Part shown: piece by piece, positions 52,331 through 64,000 of the stretch
Numbering within the stretch: the first letter of the stretch is position 1
Layout of the letters: each line of letters begins with the position of its first letter
Source of the DNA: Chiloscyllium plagiosum
Taxonomy: Eukaryota
Direction: 5' to 3'
NCBI RefSeq assembly: GCF_004010195.1
Contig: NC_057719.1
Span: forward strand, 36,366,585-36,430,584
DNA length: 64,000 nt
Translations under genes and position numbers: made by a program
Notes under the pieces: generated by a model
The model's database searches: none
The model's input: the letters and a program-made list of their open reading frames with translations, nothing else
Told to the model about the DNA's origin: nothing

Positions 52331-52865
52331 GTTTTTCTCAAAAATTGGTTCCACAGTGCCAATTTATCAGCTCTAATTCTTTTGTTGCATTCATGGGTTG
52401 AAATCGCAGCCACGAGTCTTCTAAGATCAATGACAGCAGCACCGGCAAGGGAGGCAGTGTTTGGGCTTCTGGGCCCATCTGTTCCAGACTGGCTGCTTCT
52501 TCCCTTACTTTTTTTTGTTTTATTTCCCTTTTCCCTCATCTTCTTCCTGTCCGTAGTAGCGAAGAAGATGACGTTTCATGGGAGGGAAGCTGGAGCAGGC
52601 ATGGCAGCACGGCCAGGGACTCCTGGTTATCAGCATGATGGTGACAATAGCTCTTGCTTGTGGTAGGCCAGGAGCTGGGGTCTCCTGGTTGTGGGGTGTG
52701 CGTGGGTCCAATAAGGGACTCGGCATCTGCAGCCCATTGACAAGGTTGAGAGTGTGGTGCTGGAAAAGCACAGCTGTCAGGCAGCATCCAAGGAACAGGA
52801 GAATCGACATTTCGAGCTCTTCAGAGGCTGCCTGACCTGCTGTGCTTTTCCAGCACCACACTCTC

Positions 52866-54448
52866 ATAGAACATAGAACAATACAGCACAGGAAAGGCCT
52901 TTCGGCCCACGATGTTGTGCCGAACATTTGTCCTAGCTTAAGCACCCATCCATGTACCTATCCAATTGCCACTTAAAGTTCGCCAATGATTCTGACTCTG
53001 CCACTCCCACAGGCAGCGCATTCCATGCCCCCACCACTCCCTGACATCTCCCCTATACCTTCCACCCTTCACCTTAAATTTATGTCCCCTTGTAACACTC
53101 TGTTGTACCCGGGGAAAAAGTTTCTGATTGTCTACTCTATCTATTCCCCTGATCATCTTATACACCTCTATCAAGTCACCCCTCATCCTTCTCCATTCCA
53201 ATGAGAAAAGGCCAATGAGAAAAGGCCTAGCACGCTCAACCTATCCTCGTACGACCTATTCTCCATTCCAGGCAACATCCTAGTAAATCTTCTCTGCACC
53301 CTCTCCAAAGCTTCCACATCTTTCCTAAAGTGAGGCAACCAGAACTGCACAAAGTACTCCAAATGTGGCCTNNNNNNNNNNNNNNNNNNNNNNNNNNNNN
53401 NNNNNNNNNNNNNNNNNNNNNNNNNNNNNNNNNNNNNNNNNNNNNNNNNNNNNNNNNNNNNNNNNNNNNNNNNNNNNNNNNNNNNNNNNNNNNNNNNNNN
53501 NNNNNNNNNNNNNNNNNNNNNNNNNNNNNNNNNNNNNNNNNNNNNNNNNNNNNNNNNNNNNNNNNNNNNNNNNNNNNNNNNNNNNNNNNNNNNNCATAAG
53601 CCTACCATGGGGAACCTTCTCAAATGCCTTACTAAAATCCATGTATACTACATCCACTGCTCTACCCTCATCCACATACTTGGTCACCTCCTCAAACAAT
53701 TCAATATGACTTGTAAGGCAAGACCTACCCTTCACAAATCTGTGCTGGCTGTCCCTAATCAAGCAGTGTCTTTCCAGATACTCGTAAATCCTATCCCTCA
53801 GTACCCTTTCCATTACTTTGCCTACCACCGAAGTAAGACTAACTGGCCTGTAATTGCCGGGGTTATCCCTATTCCCTTTTTTGAACAGGGGCACAACATT
53901 CGCCACTCTCCAGTCCCCTAGTACCACCCCTGTTGATAGTGAAGATGAAAAGATCATTGCCAACGGCTCTGCAATTTCCTCTCTTGCTTCCCACATAATC
54001 CTAGGATATATCCCGTCAGGCCCGGGGGACTTGTCTATCCTCAAGTTATTCAAAATGTCCAACACATCTTCCTTCCTAACAAGTATCACACTCTCCTCTT
54101 CAACAATACGGTCCCTCTCGTTTGTAAATACTGAAGAAAAGTACTCATTCAAGACCTCACTTATCTCTTCCGACTCAATACACAGTCTCCCACTACTGTC
54201 CTTGATCGGACCCAGCCTCGTTCTTGTCATTCTCATGTTTCTCACATACGCATAAAATGCCTAGACCTCACTTATCTCTTCCGACTCAATACACAGTATC
54301 CCACTACTGTCCTTGATCGGACCCAGCCTCGTTCTTGTCATTCTCATGTTTCTCACATAAGCATAAAATGCCTTGGGGTTATCCTAGATCCTATCCGCCA
54401 AAGATTTTTCATGCCCTCTCTTAGCTCTCCTAATCCCTTTCTTCAGCT
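52866..54448 (-). mobile_element. Young CR1 LINE, 5'-truncated, with gap
   Basis: ORF 53325-54245 (KSPGPDGIYPR, GNYRPVSLTSVVGK, YMDFSKAF); atagaacatagaac tail. Confidence 0.95.
54152..54373. repeat. 111-bp tandem duplication inside CR1 ORF2
   Basis: 54152-54262 and 54263-54373 are near-identical. Confidence 0.92.
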
Positions 54449-56307
54449 ATGACTCTGATGTCCAGCATCTGCAGTCCTCACTTTCTCCCATTGGCAAGGT
54501 TGGCCCAATGATAAATAGGTGGTGCCAGAAGAGTGGTGACTCTGACATTGTTGAGTCTGGCATAGGCAGCAGAGGGGTGGCAGCTCAGGTGTGGCTGGTG
54601 TGCCGGTTCAGGGCTCAGGTCTCATGGTGGAGGCAACGGAATGAAGATGGATTTTCTTCCAGCTGTATCTTTTTATTCTTAAACTATTCAAAATTGTGGT
54701 GGATTGTGGTGACAGTTGAAGATTTTCACTGTATTTTCCTGCATTGTTCATTGTAGAGTATAAGTGACAATAAATCATCATTCTTCATCATTCATTCAAT
54801 TAGTTACAACCAGATCCTCAGCAATGTTCTCCAAACTGTTACAGTTCCAGATGGGATCTCTCAAACAGTTAAGCTCCAAGAAAGGAAGGGTCAACTGGCT
54901 CTCCTCCTTTATTCATCCATCACCTCAATCAGAGGCAACAACTTGATTTATAAAGGATCCTCTCCATTGTGGATGCCTTTCTCCCAGACCAGATGAATCT
55001 GTGTTTTAAAAGGAACTAATTTGCATTAACAAAAGTAATGAGTGTATTAATTACTAAACACTCGAAGTATTTAAATAATACACAAATACATAGGTTAGAA
55101 ATGACTAGTGAGCCCTTAAAGCAAATTAAAAGATATACAAATGATTGGTGAAGAGTAGATAATGGGACTACTCTTGGGATTCTTGGGTGCTGTAGGGTGA
55201 TTGAAATTGTTACATCACTTCCTTTTGACTCACTTGCTGGCTGGTTATCTTCCAGCATTCAGAGCGAAGGTATCTTTTACCTACAATACAGGGATGACTA
55301 ATGAGTGTTTCTCTGACTGTGATCTTCACAATGCTCAAACCCAGGCTCGAGCACAAGTGCCTCACCCAAGCACCTCAGTTCATTAGCACACACCAACACC
55401 ATTTGAATTAACTTGTAACCTCTGTTCTTTTATATTTTTAAAGGGGAACACATTAAACATTTCTCCTGCCTAGACTTCTGTCCTGTCTTCCATTATGTTC
55501 ACTGTTTGAGGTCACTTACAGGAGATTACAGTCCAGCTTGTTATGAACGCTACCTTTTTATTTCCAGCCATTTGAAACTTCCTTGATATCTTGTCAGGTT
55601 AGACATTTCAGGGTCTCTCTCTCTCTCTCCAGACAGCCAATAAATTTACATCTGCAGTCAGTTTGACTGCATTAGTCCTCTTTGGAAAAACAAACAAGTT
55701 TGGATTAAAACACATTTCCAGAAGTGATCCAAGGTTTTGATAATAGATACATTGAAATGTTGTTTTTTCATTCATGACTTTGTAAAATTCATGTCAAATG
55801 CAGAAGACACCAGCTTTGTTAAAATTAGTAAACCAATTCAGTTTGTGGAGTTTATTTATTTGGTAGCTTTAATTTGTGCATTGTAGCCAAGTGGATACAG
55901 TAACAGTCAGTAACAAAAGCATTTGGTCAGTTTGAGAATGTGAAACTGAGTTTGATTTACCAAGACCACAGTTAGCTGAGTTGATTACATAGCCGACGGA
56001 AAAAAGGGTTGTGTATTTTTGTTTCATTCCTCTCTTTCCCTTGTGATGCTGGATTGTGCAGATTGTACAGCAAACAACTGCAGACCTTGACGTGAGCTCA
56101 GCCAAATTCTGCTGAGCTCCTCTAGGGCGATGTAGGCAGCAAAAACATTGTTTAAGCGTCTCATTGGTGTGTTTTATCACATTCTCTGTGGCAGTCTAGC
56201 TTTCATTTATTGAACGCTAGCCATATGTAGAAGGTTTTGCACCGGAATCATAAATCATGTTATGAAAGAATGACTCATGATGATAAACAGCCACCCTCTG
56301 CATGGTC

Positions 56308-56660
56308 ATCATAGAACCTCTACAGTGCAGAATCAGGCCATTCAACCCATCGAGTCCATATTGACCTCCTGAAGAGCATCCCACCTAGACCCAGTTCCCC
56401 TATCCCAACCATGCAACCCTGCATTTCCCATGGCTAATTTGCCTAATCTATACATCCCTGGATCCTACAGGACAATTTAGCATGGCCAACACACCTAACC
56501 TGCACATCTTTGAACTGTCGGAGGAAATCAGAGCGCCCGGAGGAAACCCATGCAGACATAGAGAGAACATGAAAACTCCACACAGATAGTCACCCGAAGA
56601 TGGAATTGAACCTGGGTCCCAAGCGCTATGAGGCAGCAATGCTAACCACTGGGCACCACG
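56308..56660 (-). mobile_element. HE1-type SINE
   Basis: tgctaaccactgggcaccacg head, ggaattgaacctggg B-box, catagaacctctacag tail. Confidence 0.87.
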
Positions 56661-57229
56661 ATGTCATGGTAACCCAAATAAATGGACAGCAAACTGCTAC
56701 AGAAGATATGGTGAATGCTGCTAGGATATTGGCCATTGTACAACATGCTGCATTGTACATAAAAGTAGAATGTACAATGCAATAGTTTGAGGGAGTGGAA
56801 CTCCTTTTGGGTGTTTTCAATCACAGAGCTAACATGTGATGAACAAAAATGTGTGCGCTGACAATGATGCCCTATACAGCAGAGAAACCTGCAATCCACA
56901 TTGATTTACACTCTGCTTTTCTCTCAAAGAATTAAGTGTATTCAGCTTTCTTGAAATAGAAAGCTTCACTGACTTCTCTCACGTAGCAGTGGGCTGTAAA
57001 ATTTATTGCATATGTGTTTAGCTTGAAAGAAGCCAGAGATCCCTGGTCACTGTCACCTTCACAGGCAAGGGGCAATGGTATCCCTGCCCTGCTCTGAGTC
57101 TGCTGTGTGGCTGCAGATTTCAGTGAGCTGATCCTTCCTGAAGTACAGACGTCTGACTGGAAACATATGCACATATTTTAGAGACAATTCGGCATGCAGC
57201 ACACCAACAATTACAGACAAGTTGGTTTA

Positions 57230-58265
57230 ACTTTGTTGGAGAAAAAGGATTGTTTGGAACAGAATTAATAATCATGTAGAAAACCCTGAACTGACTTGGA
57301 AGAGCATTGATTTGTTAAGGGAAAATCATGTCTACCTAACTTGCTGGAGCTTTTAAAGAGGTAGTAGGGAAGGTTGATGAGGAGAACATCATGCTGAGTA
57401 CATGGCTTGCAAAGGTGATTGATACAATGTCACATATCAGATTGTGAAGAAAGGTTTGGGTCATGGAATGAAATGGACCACAGCAACATAGGATATAAAA
57501 TGATTGAGGCATTTGAAACAAAGAGTAATGGTTGATGGGTATTCTTCTGGCTGGAAGATGAAAACGATCTAGATCTTGGTGTGCAAGGGACAATTTAAAA
57601 GTTTGTGGATGGTACAAAACTTAGAAGAATTGTAAACTTTGAGTAGACAGTGTGGAACTCCAGAAGATTATGTACCCATTGGCTGAGTGGGTGGAGAGAT
57701 GGCAGATGGAGTTCAGTACAGAGAAGTGTGAGGTGATGCACTTTGGTACAAAGAATATAGAGAGATAGTATAAAAGAAAGGACATTATTCTAAGGTGCAT
57801 AGAAAGGTATAGAAACCTGGGTGTGCATGTGCATAAGTTATTAAAGCATGCAGCATGTGCTTTATTAATAGGGATATATACTACAAGAATATGGGGGATA
57901 TGATGAACTTAGGTAAGATGCTGGTTAGAATTCAGCTGGAGTTCTAGGTTCCATACATGGGAAGGAGTTGAATAGATTGAAGCGAGTGCAGAATACATTT
58001 ACAAGAATGGTTCCAGAATGAGTCACTTTAGTTATGAAGAAAGATTGGAGAAGTTGTTTCATTGGAGAGAAGGAGGCTGGAGACTTACACTATCATAGAG
58101 TCATAGAGATGTACAGCATGGAAACAGACCCTTCGATCCAACCTGTCCACGCCAACCAGATATCCCAACCCAATCTAGTCCTACCTGCACGCTAGTTTAA
58201 AATGTTTAGAGAGCTGGTGCAAACACATTAAACCTTTTGCTTTATAACCATTCTATGATTCTATG
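57230..58265 (+). mobile_element. Old degenerate CR1 RT region, with a young antisense CR1 tail at 58093-58188
   Basis: tttgttaaggggaaaatcatg, tggcagatggagttc, aagtgtgaggtgatgcactttgg and acaagaatggttccag motifs. Confidence 0.8.
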
Positions 58266-58936
58266 AAAATAAAGAGGTGTCACAAAACCACGTTCTACAG
58301 CATTGGACTCTAAAAGCCACAGCTAAGAATACATATCCCTCAATATTTTATAACCACTCTGTTTGTGTTGGAATGTTTGTTCTACTATGGTACAAATAAA
58401 TTCGATTAATAATGCTCATCTCTCCAAATTGTCCAACATAATCATAAGCAAACCCAATTTTACTTCTAATCAACATCTATACATTTACATTTTTCCTCAA
58501 GGGATGGTGTCAGAAGCAAGACCTGGTTGATTTTATATATAGTACCCTTGACCTGCTGAGGTTAATTAGTCAAAGAGACTGAGAACAAATGTGATTTTTT
58601 GTGTGGCCAAGAACAACAGGAGCAGTTCTCTGGGCCCCAAACAGAAAAGTAAAATTTCACTTTTCCTGGACAAGGTTCTGTTGGCGAGCAGCCTGCAGGC
58701 TGTATGATTAGTCATTGCTTCTCAATAGGTGAAAAATTAACTAGTGGGAATTAAGTGAGGCCTAAGAGTTTATATAACCCAGGCCTGGTTCACAGAGCAG
58801 CAATTTAGTTTCAAATTTCCCTCGCCATCCCTGAAATCATGCAAAACCCTACCCCAAAACATTTCCCAAACCATTGACTACAACCTAAACCTGCCCCAAG
58901 TTCAAATTGCAATCTTTGTTTGGAAATGTACTTCAG

Positions 58937-59031
58937 GATTCCTGAAGAAGGGCTTATGCCCGAAATGTTGATTCTCCTGTTCCTTGGATGCTGCCTGACC
59001 TGCTGCGCTTTTCCAGCAACACATTTTCAGC
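58937..59031 (+). mobile_element. Solo PLE family B pLTR with hammerhead
   Basis: attcctgaagaagggcttatgcccgaaatgttgatt; 9-bp TSD gtacttcag at 58928-58936 and 59036-59044. Confidence 0.85.
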
Positions 59032-60468
59032 AAAAGTACTTCAGCACCTATTATGTTTTGAGCACTCTGTATTAGGCTGCTTCAGAAACTATTATAGCTC
59101 ATGTATCATTAGATATTAAACACAGAGCTGATGTTAATTCTAGGCACATTCTTTGACTCGTAAGTTCACAATTACTATCAGAGAAAATTGACATGGAGAT
59201 TTCTAAACTAATTGCTCATCTCATTTGTACTCAAACAATATTTAGCGAGACGGGGTTAAATCTCTCTATTCAAAACAAGGCTTCCAAATAAATTTGAAAT
59301 TGAACTCTGAAGCAGGAATTAGAACATCTCTCGAGATTTGCTGTCACATCCAATGAAAACTCACAAGGTAGAGCATGCTGGTCTATAATTCCAAATTTAA
59401 AAATTGACTCCTATCATCCTCTCTCAACTTCAGGCACACCAGAATGCCATGTGATGTTTTTAATCAATTTAGAGTGAAGTATCTAAACAGAATACTCAAT
59501 GTCCTTGAAAACTGCTACGTTTTAATGCATCAAACATTGATTTAGTTGATTCACATGTCTAGCTGTAGAAGTAATTTGGTGGTATTATTGATTGTTCTTT
59601 TTTGGATCGATTAAGCTGAAAGCAATGAGTTGAGTTAAGGTCTCAGAATAAAACAGAATTTTTTCACAATTATTTGTTTGCCTGCATGCATCAGGAAACT
59701 AAGCCATTGTGACACATGCACATCAAATTAAATATCTCAAAACCTCAATCAGTGATGCATTAGTTTTGAAAGCTGGATTGATTACTGGGTGGGGTCAATG
59801 ACTAATCAGATGTACACAAGGACACAAAGTCACATCCCTCTCAGCCATTAAAAGTGACAAACAAGAGATACTAAAAAAAAAATCAAGGTTGGGCCTATTT
59901 TGCCCTGTTTTCCATTCTCTGACAGCCATGGACAGACAGTTTAATCTACATTATGGAAGCCTGTTCTCCATATCAGAAAAGGACTGGCATCCAAAACACC
60001 ACACATAGCTTAAGTGAAGACTGCTTTGTTCTCAATAGTGATTGATCAGAAGATGAACACTGGACATTTTGGAAAATTGATTAATTTAGTTTTGAAAATG
60101 TGCAATAAGTGATACAGAGTGATGGGAGTTTCATCCTGGAAAAGCTAAAACCCGAAGGATTAACAAATGAAAAAGACAGAAGTATGGAAATTGAAAATTC
60201 AGCTCCATTGAATTTTACACTGGGGAATCAAAGCGCTCGTTGGAATAAACTAATAGAAACTAAGTTGACTTCCTTCCAGAATTGTGAAAATCCAAGCTGT
60301 TCAACACAGTCACCCTGACCTGTCAGCTAGTTCATTTACAAATGGTCTTCAAGACATAAACTAAAAGACCTCTAATCAACTTCAAAACAGAAAGAATCAA
60401 AAAGTAAAAAGTAATACAGAAGAGATCTGTGTGCCAGGAAAAATAGTTTAACAGGCAGTTAAAATACC

Positions 60469-62008
60469 ATGGAGCAGAAAATCTTAGAAGATTCAGAAAG
60501 AACAAGATCACTGAAACCTATCTTGCTAATGTTATCTCCAAGCAAAACTTCCTCAAAGTACAGATCTTCATCGTTACCTAGGGATATTAAGACGGTAAGT
60601 TAAAATTTAAGACTACACATTCTTACAAATACCAGTTGGTAAATTTTAGTTAATCAGATCCATGATTGAGAGTAATAGTGCACTGAAACCATGTCCACTA
60701 GTCTAACTGTTTCACTAACATTAATGCCATGCTCACCATTATTTAGACAAGAACATGCAGATGAGAAGTCAAAGTGCCTGCCTGTGTCCAGACTAATTTC
60801 CTAATTTGCCAATTAGAGGTCTCAAGCACACATAGAAATCTGATTGCCATTTTAAGACATAACTAGTTGAAACATGTCCTGTACAATCTCTTTTCCTGAT
60901 TCCAATGTCCCCCATTCCACTTGGATTACATTAGGAAAACTGCACCTTGTAAAGTTAACTCTGAGCAACCGGTCTATTGGCACTCTGCACCAGAATTACA
61001 ATTAACTCAGAGGTGAAAGTTAGAATGGAAAAGCACAAAAACACACAGTCTTCCACTATGAAGGGTTGCAGTGACGTCCTGCACTATTTTTTTTATCTCA
61101 TGTCCAAATGTTGAATGAAGTCCCTTGAAACAATGCATGACAGTATATTCACAAAAGATTGAAGACTTTTTTAAAAAGATGAAAGCTGGAAAAAATATAT
61201 CCAACTCAGTTCTGATGCATGCCCAATTATATTCCTTCCCTTCCTCCTTCTGTACCAAAAGTTGTTTTTTTTTAAAAAGTTCATTGATCCTGGCCATATT
61301 TCAATGTATTCAACAGACTCAGTGCATAGTGCTCAAAGTGTATAATGCTATTTTGTGATGCCAAGCTGTCGTTATAATACCGCTATAGACTCATGTTCTA
61401 CAAGAACTGTATTCTTCCTTATTCATAAAGTTAACTTATAGGAATTAATTTAGTAAAGTTTTGGAAACATTTTCATTTTAACTCCTTAAAGAATGATCTT
61501 TTCAAAAAGTGAACGTGTATCTTGAGTATTTTTTAATTTAATTCTCCTTCAGATTCCAGTTGCCAAATTGGAGAAAATAAGGTATGTTAACCTGTTGCTA
61601 TTTTTAACACTTTCATATCTAAGCAAAGAAAATACAGACAATTCTAATTTAAAGTATCTTGATGGAACAATGTTATAGTCACAATAATATCTAAGGAAGG
61701 CAATAGCCGGTTGGCATTATTTAAAATGTGGCTTTCTTTTCCTTTTGCTTTATAAGTGCTCAAGCTGTATTTATACACTCTCACTCTCCAGTTTCAGTTC
61801 CACTAACCTGTAAATAGAGTTTGAAACAGTTAGAATATAATTGATACCCAGAGTCACTCCATTATAAAATTATAACTAAGAAAATTATTTTAGTATTAGC
61901 AATATTATAATTTAGCATTTAAATTACCTTTGCCTTTTTGTTCCTACAGTGAAAAAAAATATATTTGGTACTTAAGTATTTCTTGAGAATGAACAAAGAC
62001 CTTCTCAG
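60469..62008 (+). pseudogene. Possible spliced remnant or small ORF (three phase-compatible candidate exons)
   Basis: ...60594|gtaagt; ctccttcag|61553-61581|gtatgt; ttcctacag|61950-62008|gtttga. No homolog recognised. Confidence 0.3.
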
Positions 62009-62149
62009 GTTTGAAACATGTTTCAAAGATTCATGATAACTCTGCAGTCAGTTATATGCCTTCATGCATTTGCTGTGAATTTGTGAACAAAATTATAATT
62101 GTATTGAAAATAAGCATGTATGGATGGGTGATTTTAGCAGTGTATATCA

Positions 62150-62718
62150 TTAGAATTAGAATTGGCTTTATTGTCACATGTACTCAAATGAGTACAGTGA
62201 AAAGTTTACATGTCGCCACTTACGATGCCATCTCAGGTGCAAGGGGACCTGGGTTCAGACTGGTAAGTACAATTCTCGGGGGAAAAAAAAATTAGAAAAA
62301 TCAAGAAATAAAAAGTCCAGCATTATAGATCATGCAATATATTAGAAAATAAAGAAATGAAAAGTTCAGTGTAACAGTCCTTCCCACCCAGTCCACACCA
62401 GCACCTAGCCTTGAGTCCACACCGGGCCATGACTCCAGACCACGCTCAGCTTCATCCCGAGGCTGGAAGACTGCTCTGGAATCATCTTGAGGCCAGAGGT
62501 CCACACTGAGCCCATGCTGGGCCGGGAGGCTGCTTTGCCAGGTCTGCGCTGAGCCTGAGAGTCCGAGTCCGAGTCCGTGCTGAGGCTGGGAGTTCAGGAA
62601 AATGCCAAGAATAAGTAAGAATAAAACTCAAAGTGAAACAAAGAAGTAAAAAAAGAAAAGAAATGGATGGAGCGGATGAGCTCCAGCTGAGGAGGCCTAC
62701 TCCACCACCATCTTGGAC
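62150..62718 (-). mobile_element. Non-autonomous retroposon-like repeat
   Basis: Reverse complement starts CAAGATGGTGG and ends GTGACAATAAAGCC followed by two AATTCT repeats; homologous to 32115-32635. Confidence 0.65.
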
Positions 62719-64000
62719 AATACTAGGATTGTGGGTGAGAATTTCATCTCCTTAACACCAAGATTTAACATTATTTTGCTCTTGAGAAGAGCTTGTGCAT
62801 GCTAGTATTCCCAGTGTACACTGAAATGCTATGAAGGAGTGCAAATTTGATATAATATCAAGAGCTCTAATTTGTATCAATCTGACCCAAACTTTGACTT
62901 AGATCCTTAACCTCCTGATCCCACTTTCCTCTGAAGGTGGTCAATGAGGGCCTCCTGACACTATTCCTCCTGTATTACCACTGCATCTCTCCTCCTATTC
63001 AACTCCCCCACAAATGTTTCCCATGCTGAATCTGCATTGTTCCATTTTCTATATATAAATCCCAGCAAAATGTATTCAATCAGTTCCTTCATGTGGGACA
63101 GACTGCCTTTAAGGCCAGACTCACTGCACTCCACGTCCACCATACACCACAGTTTGCAAAGCCAGCCAGCACTGAGAATCCTCTTTCAGGAACCGATAGG
63201 ATGAGGTTTGCATGACAATCACCTCAAAGGGCACTAACACAGATAGGATATGAATCACAGCTCCCTGCACCAAGAATGGAACATGTCAATTTGTAGTTCT
63301 TTAAGATCCAGCAGTCAAGTATTAAGCAGAGGTATCTAATTTATTTAAATGTGGCAATTAAAATTATCTACTCAACAGAAACAAAAGCAATAGCTTTAAA
63401 ACTGTTCAAATTATATTGTCACTTTGGCAAACATAAGAGGAACTAATTAGTATTGATCTATTTAATATATTACTTATTTGTTATGATAACTTATTGTCAA
63501 AAGTCATCCTAATTAAAGGAAAGGGGAGATAGTTTTTAAAAAAAGGTTGCAATAGAAGAAGATAGGATATGAAACAAATGAAGAGCAGGTCCAAAGCATT
63601 TTGGATAGAACAAATGGTCAGTATCTTCCCAATTTTGGACAAAGTCTGAAAGATTAGACAAAAGTTTGGAAAACCCATGGTCTATCAAGAAAGCATGACA
63701 TATCTTCCGGCAATCAGGTAGATGATTATTGCCAACAGGCTTTCTACTGGTATTAGGATGAGAAAGTCCTGGTCACCAAGACCTGTTGGCCAAAGCCTGG
63801 CAATTCCAGAACTGGCCTTGCAACGGAGGAGGTCAGAGCCTCTGCCAATAAAAGATACACCAGATCCTCAAAATGGAGGTACATCTGAAATATGTCGAAG
63901 TGTTGTTGTTGGGAGGTCTTCAGGGGATTGTGGGTAGAGGAGGGCAGCAGGGTCAAAAACAAGAGCAGAGGCTAGGATCTCAATGGCCACTCTCTCCTGA

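Larger units (their letters stand above)
52748..54486. mobile_element. Fold-back PLE family B insertion split by a CR1
   Basis: Arms at 52748-52865 and 54451-54486; TSD cccattg(a/g)caaggtt at 52733-52747 and 54487-54501. Confidence 0.82.
52435..54800 (+). mobile_element. Non-autonomous retroposon (REX1-like 3' end) split by a PLE/CR1 nest
   Basis: 5' part 52435-52747; 3' part 54487-54800 ending cactgta...gtgacaataaa and tcat-type repeats. Confidence 0.55.

Noticed and set aside
1..64000. CRISPR arrays, operons or other prokaryotic systems
   Set aside because: Eukaryotic repeat landscape; no regularly spaced repeat-spacer arrays or gene-dense tracts.

Overview
Repeat-dense, AT-rich vertebrate genomic DNA from a gapped draft assembly (N-gaps at 3725-4328, 7005-7730, 45416-45798, 53372-53594). 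The repeat content (HE1-type SINEs, HER1/CR1 LINEs) points to a cartilaginous fish, probably a shark; this is an inference. No intact, identifiable host protein-coding gene was found, and nearly all listed ORFs are transposon fragments, their antisense shadows, or N-gap artefacts. Contents: many CR1 LINE copies of different ages, often nested; an RTE fragment; six HE1-type SINEs; other tRNA-derived SINEs; a decayed two-gene PIF/Harbinger transposon; a decayed Gypsy gag; a Tigger-like MITE; and two families of Penelope-like elements (PLEs). The PLE terminal repeats carry minimal type I hammerhead ribozyme motifs and recur as short (about 100-250 bp), often fold-back insertions with 9-17 bp target-site duplications (TSDs). 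Other points of interest are a LINE ORF2 directly preceded by a Pol III SINE-type head, and several unidentified decayed coding-like tracts. Family names come from motif recall, not database searches, and repeat boundaries are approximate unless a TSD is given.
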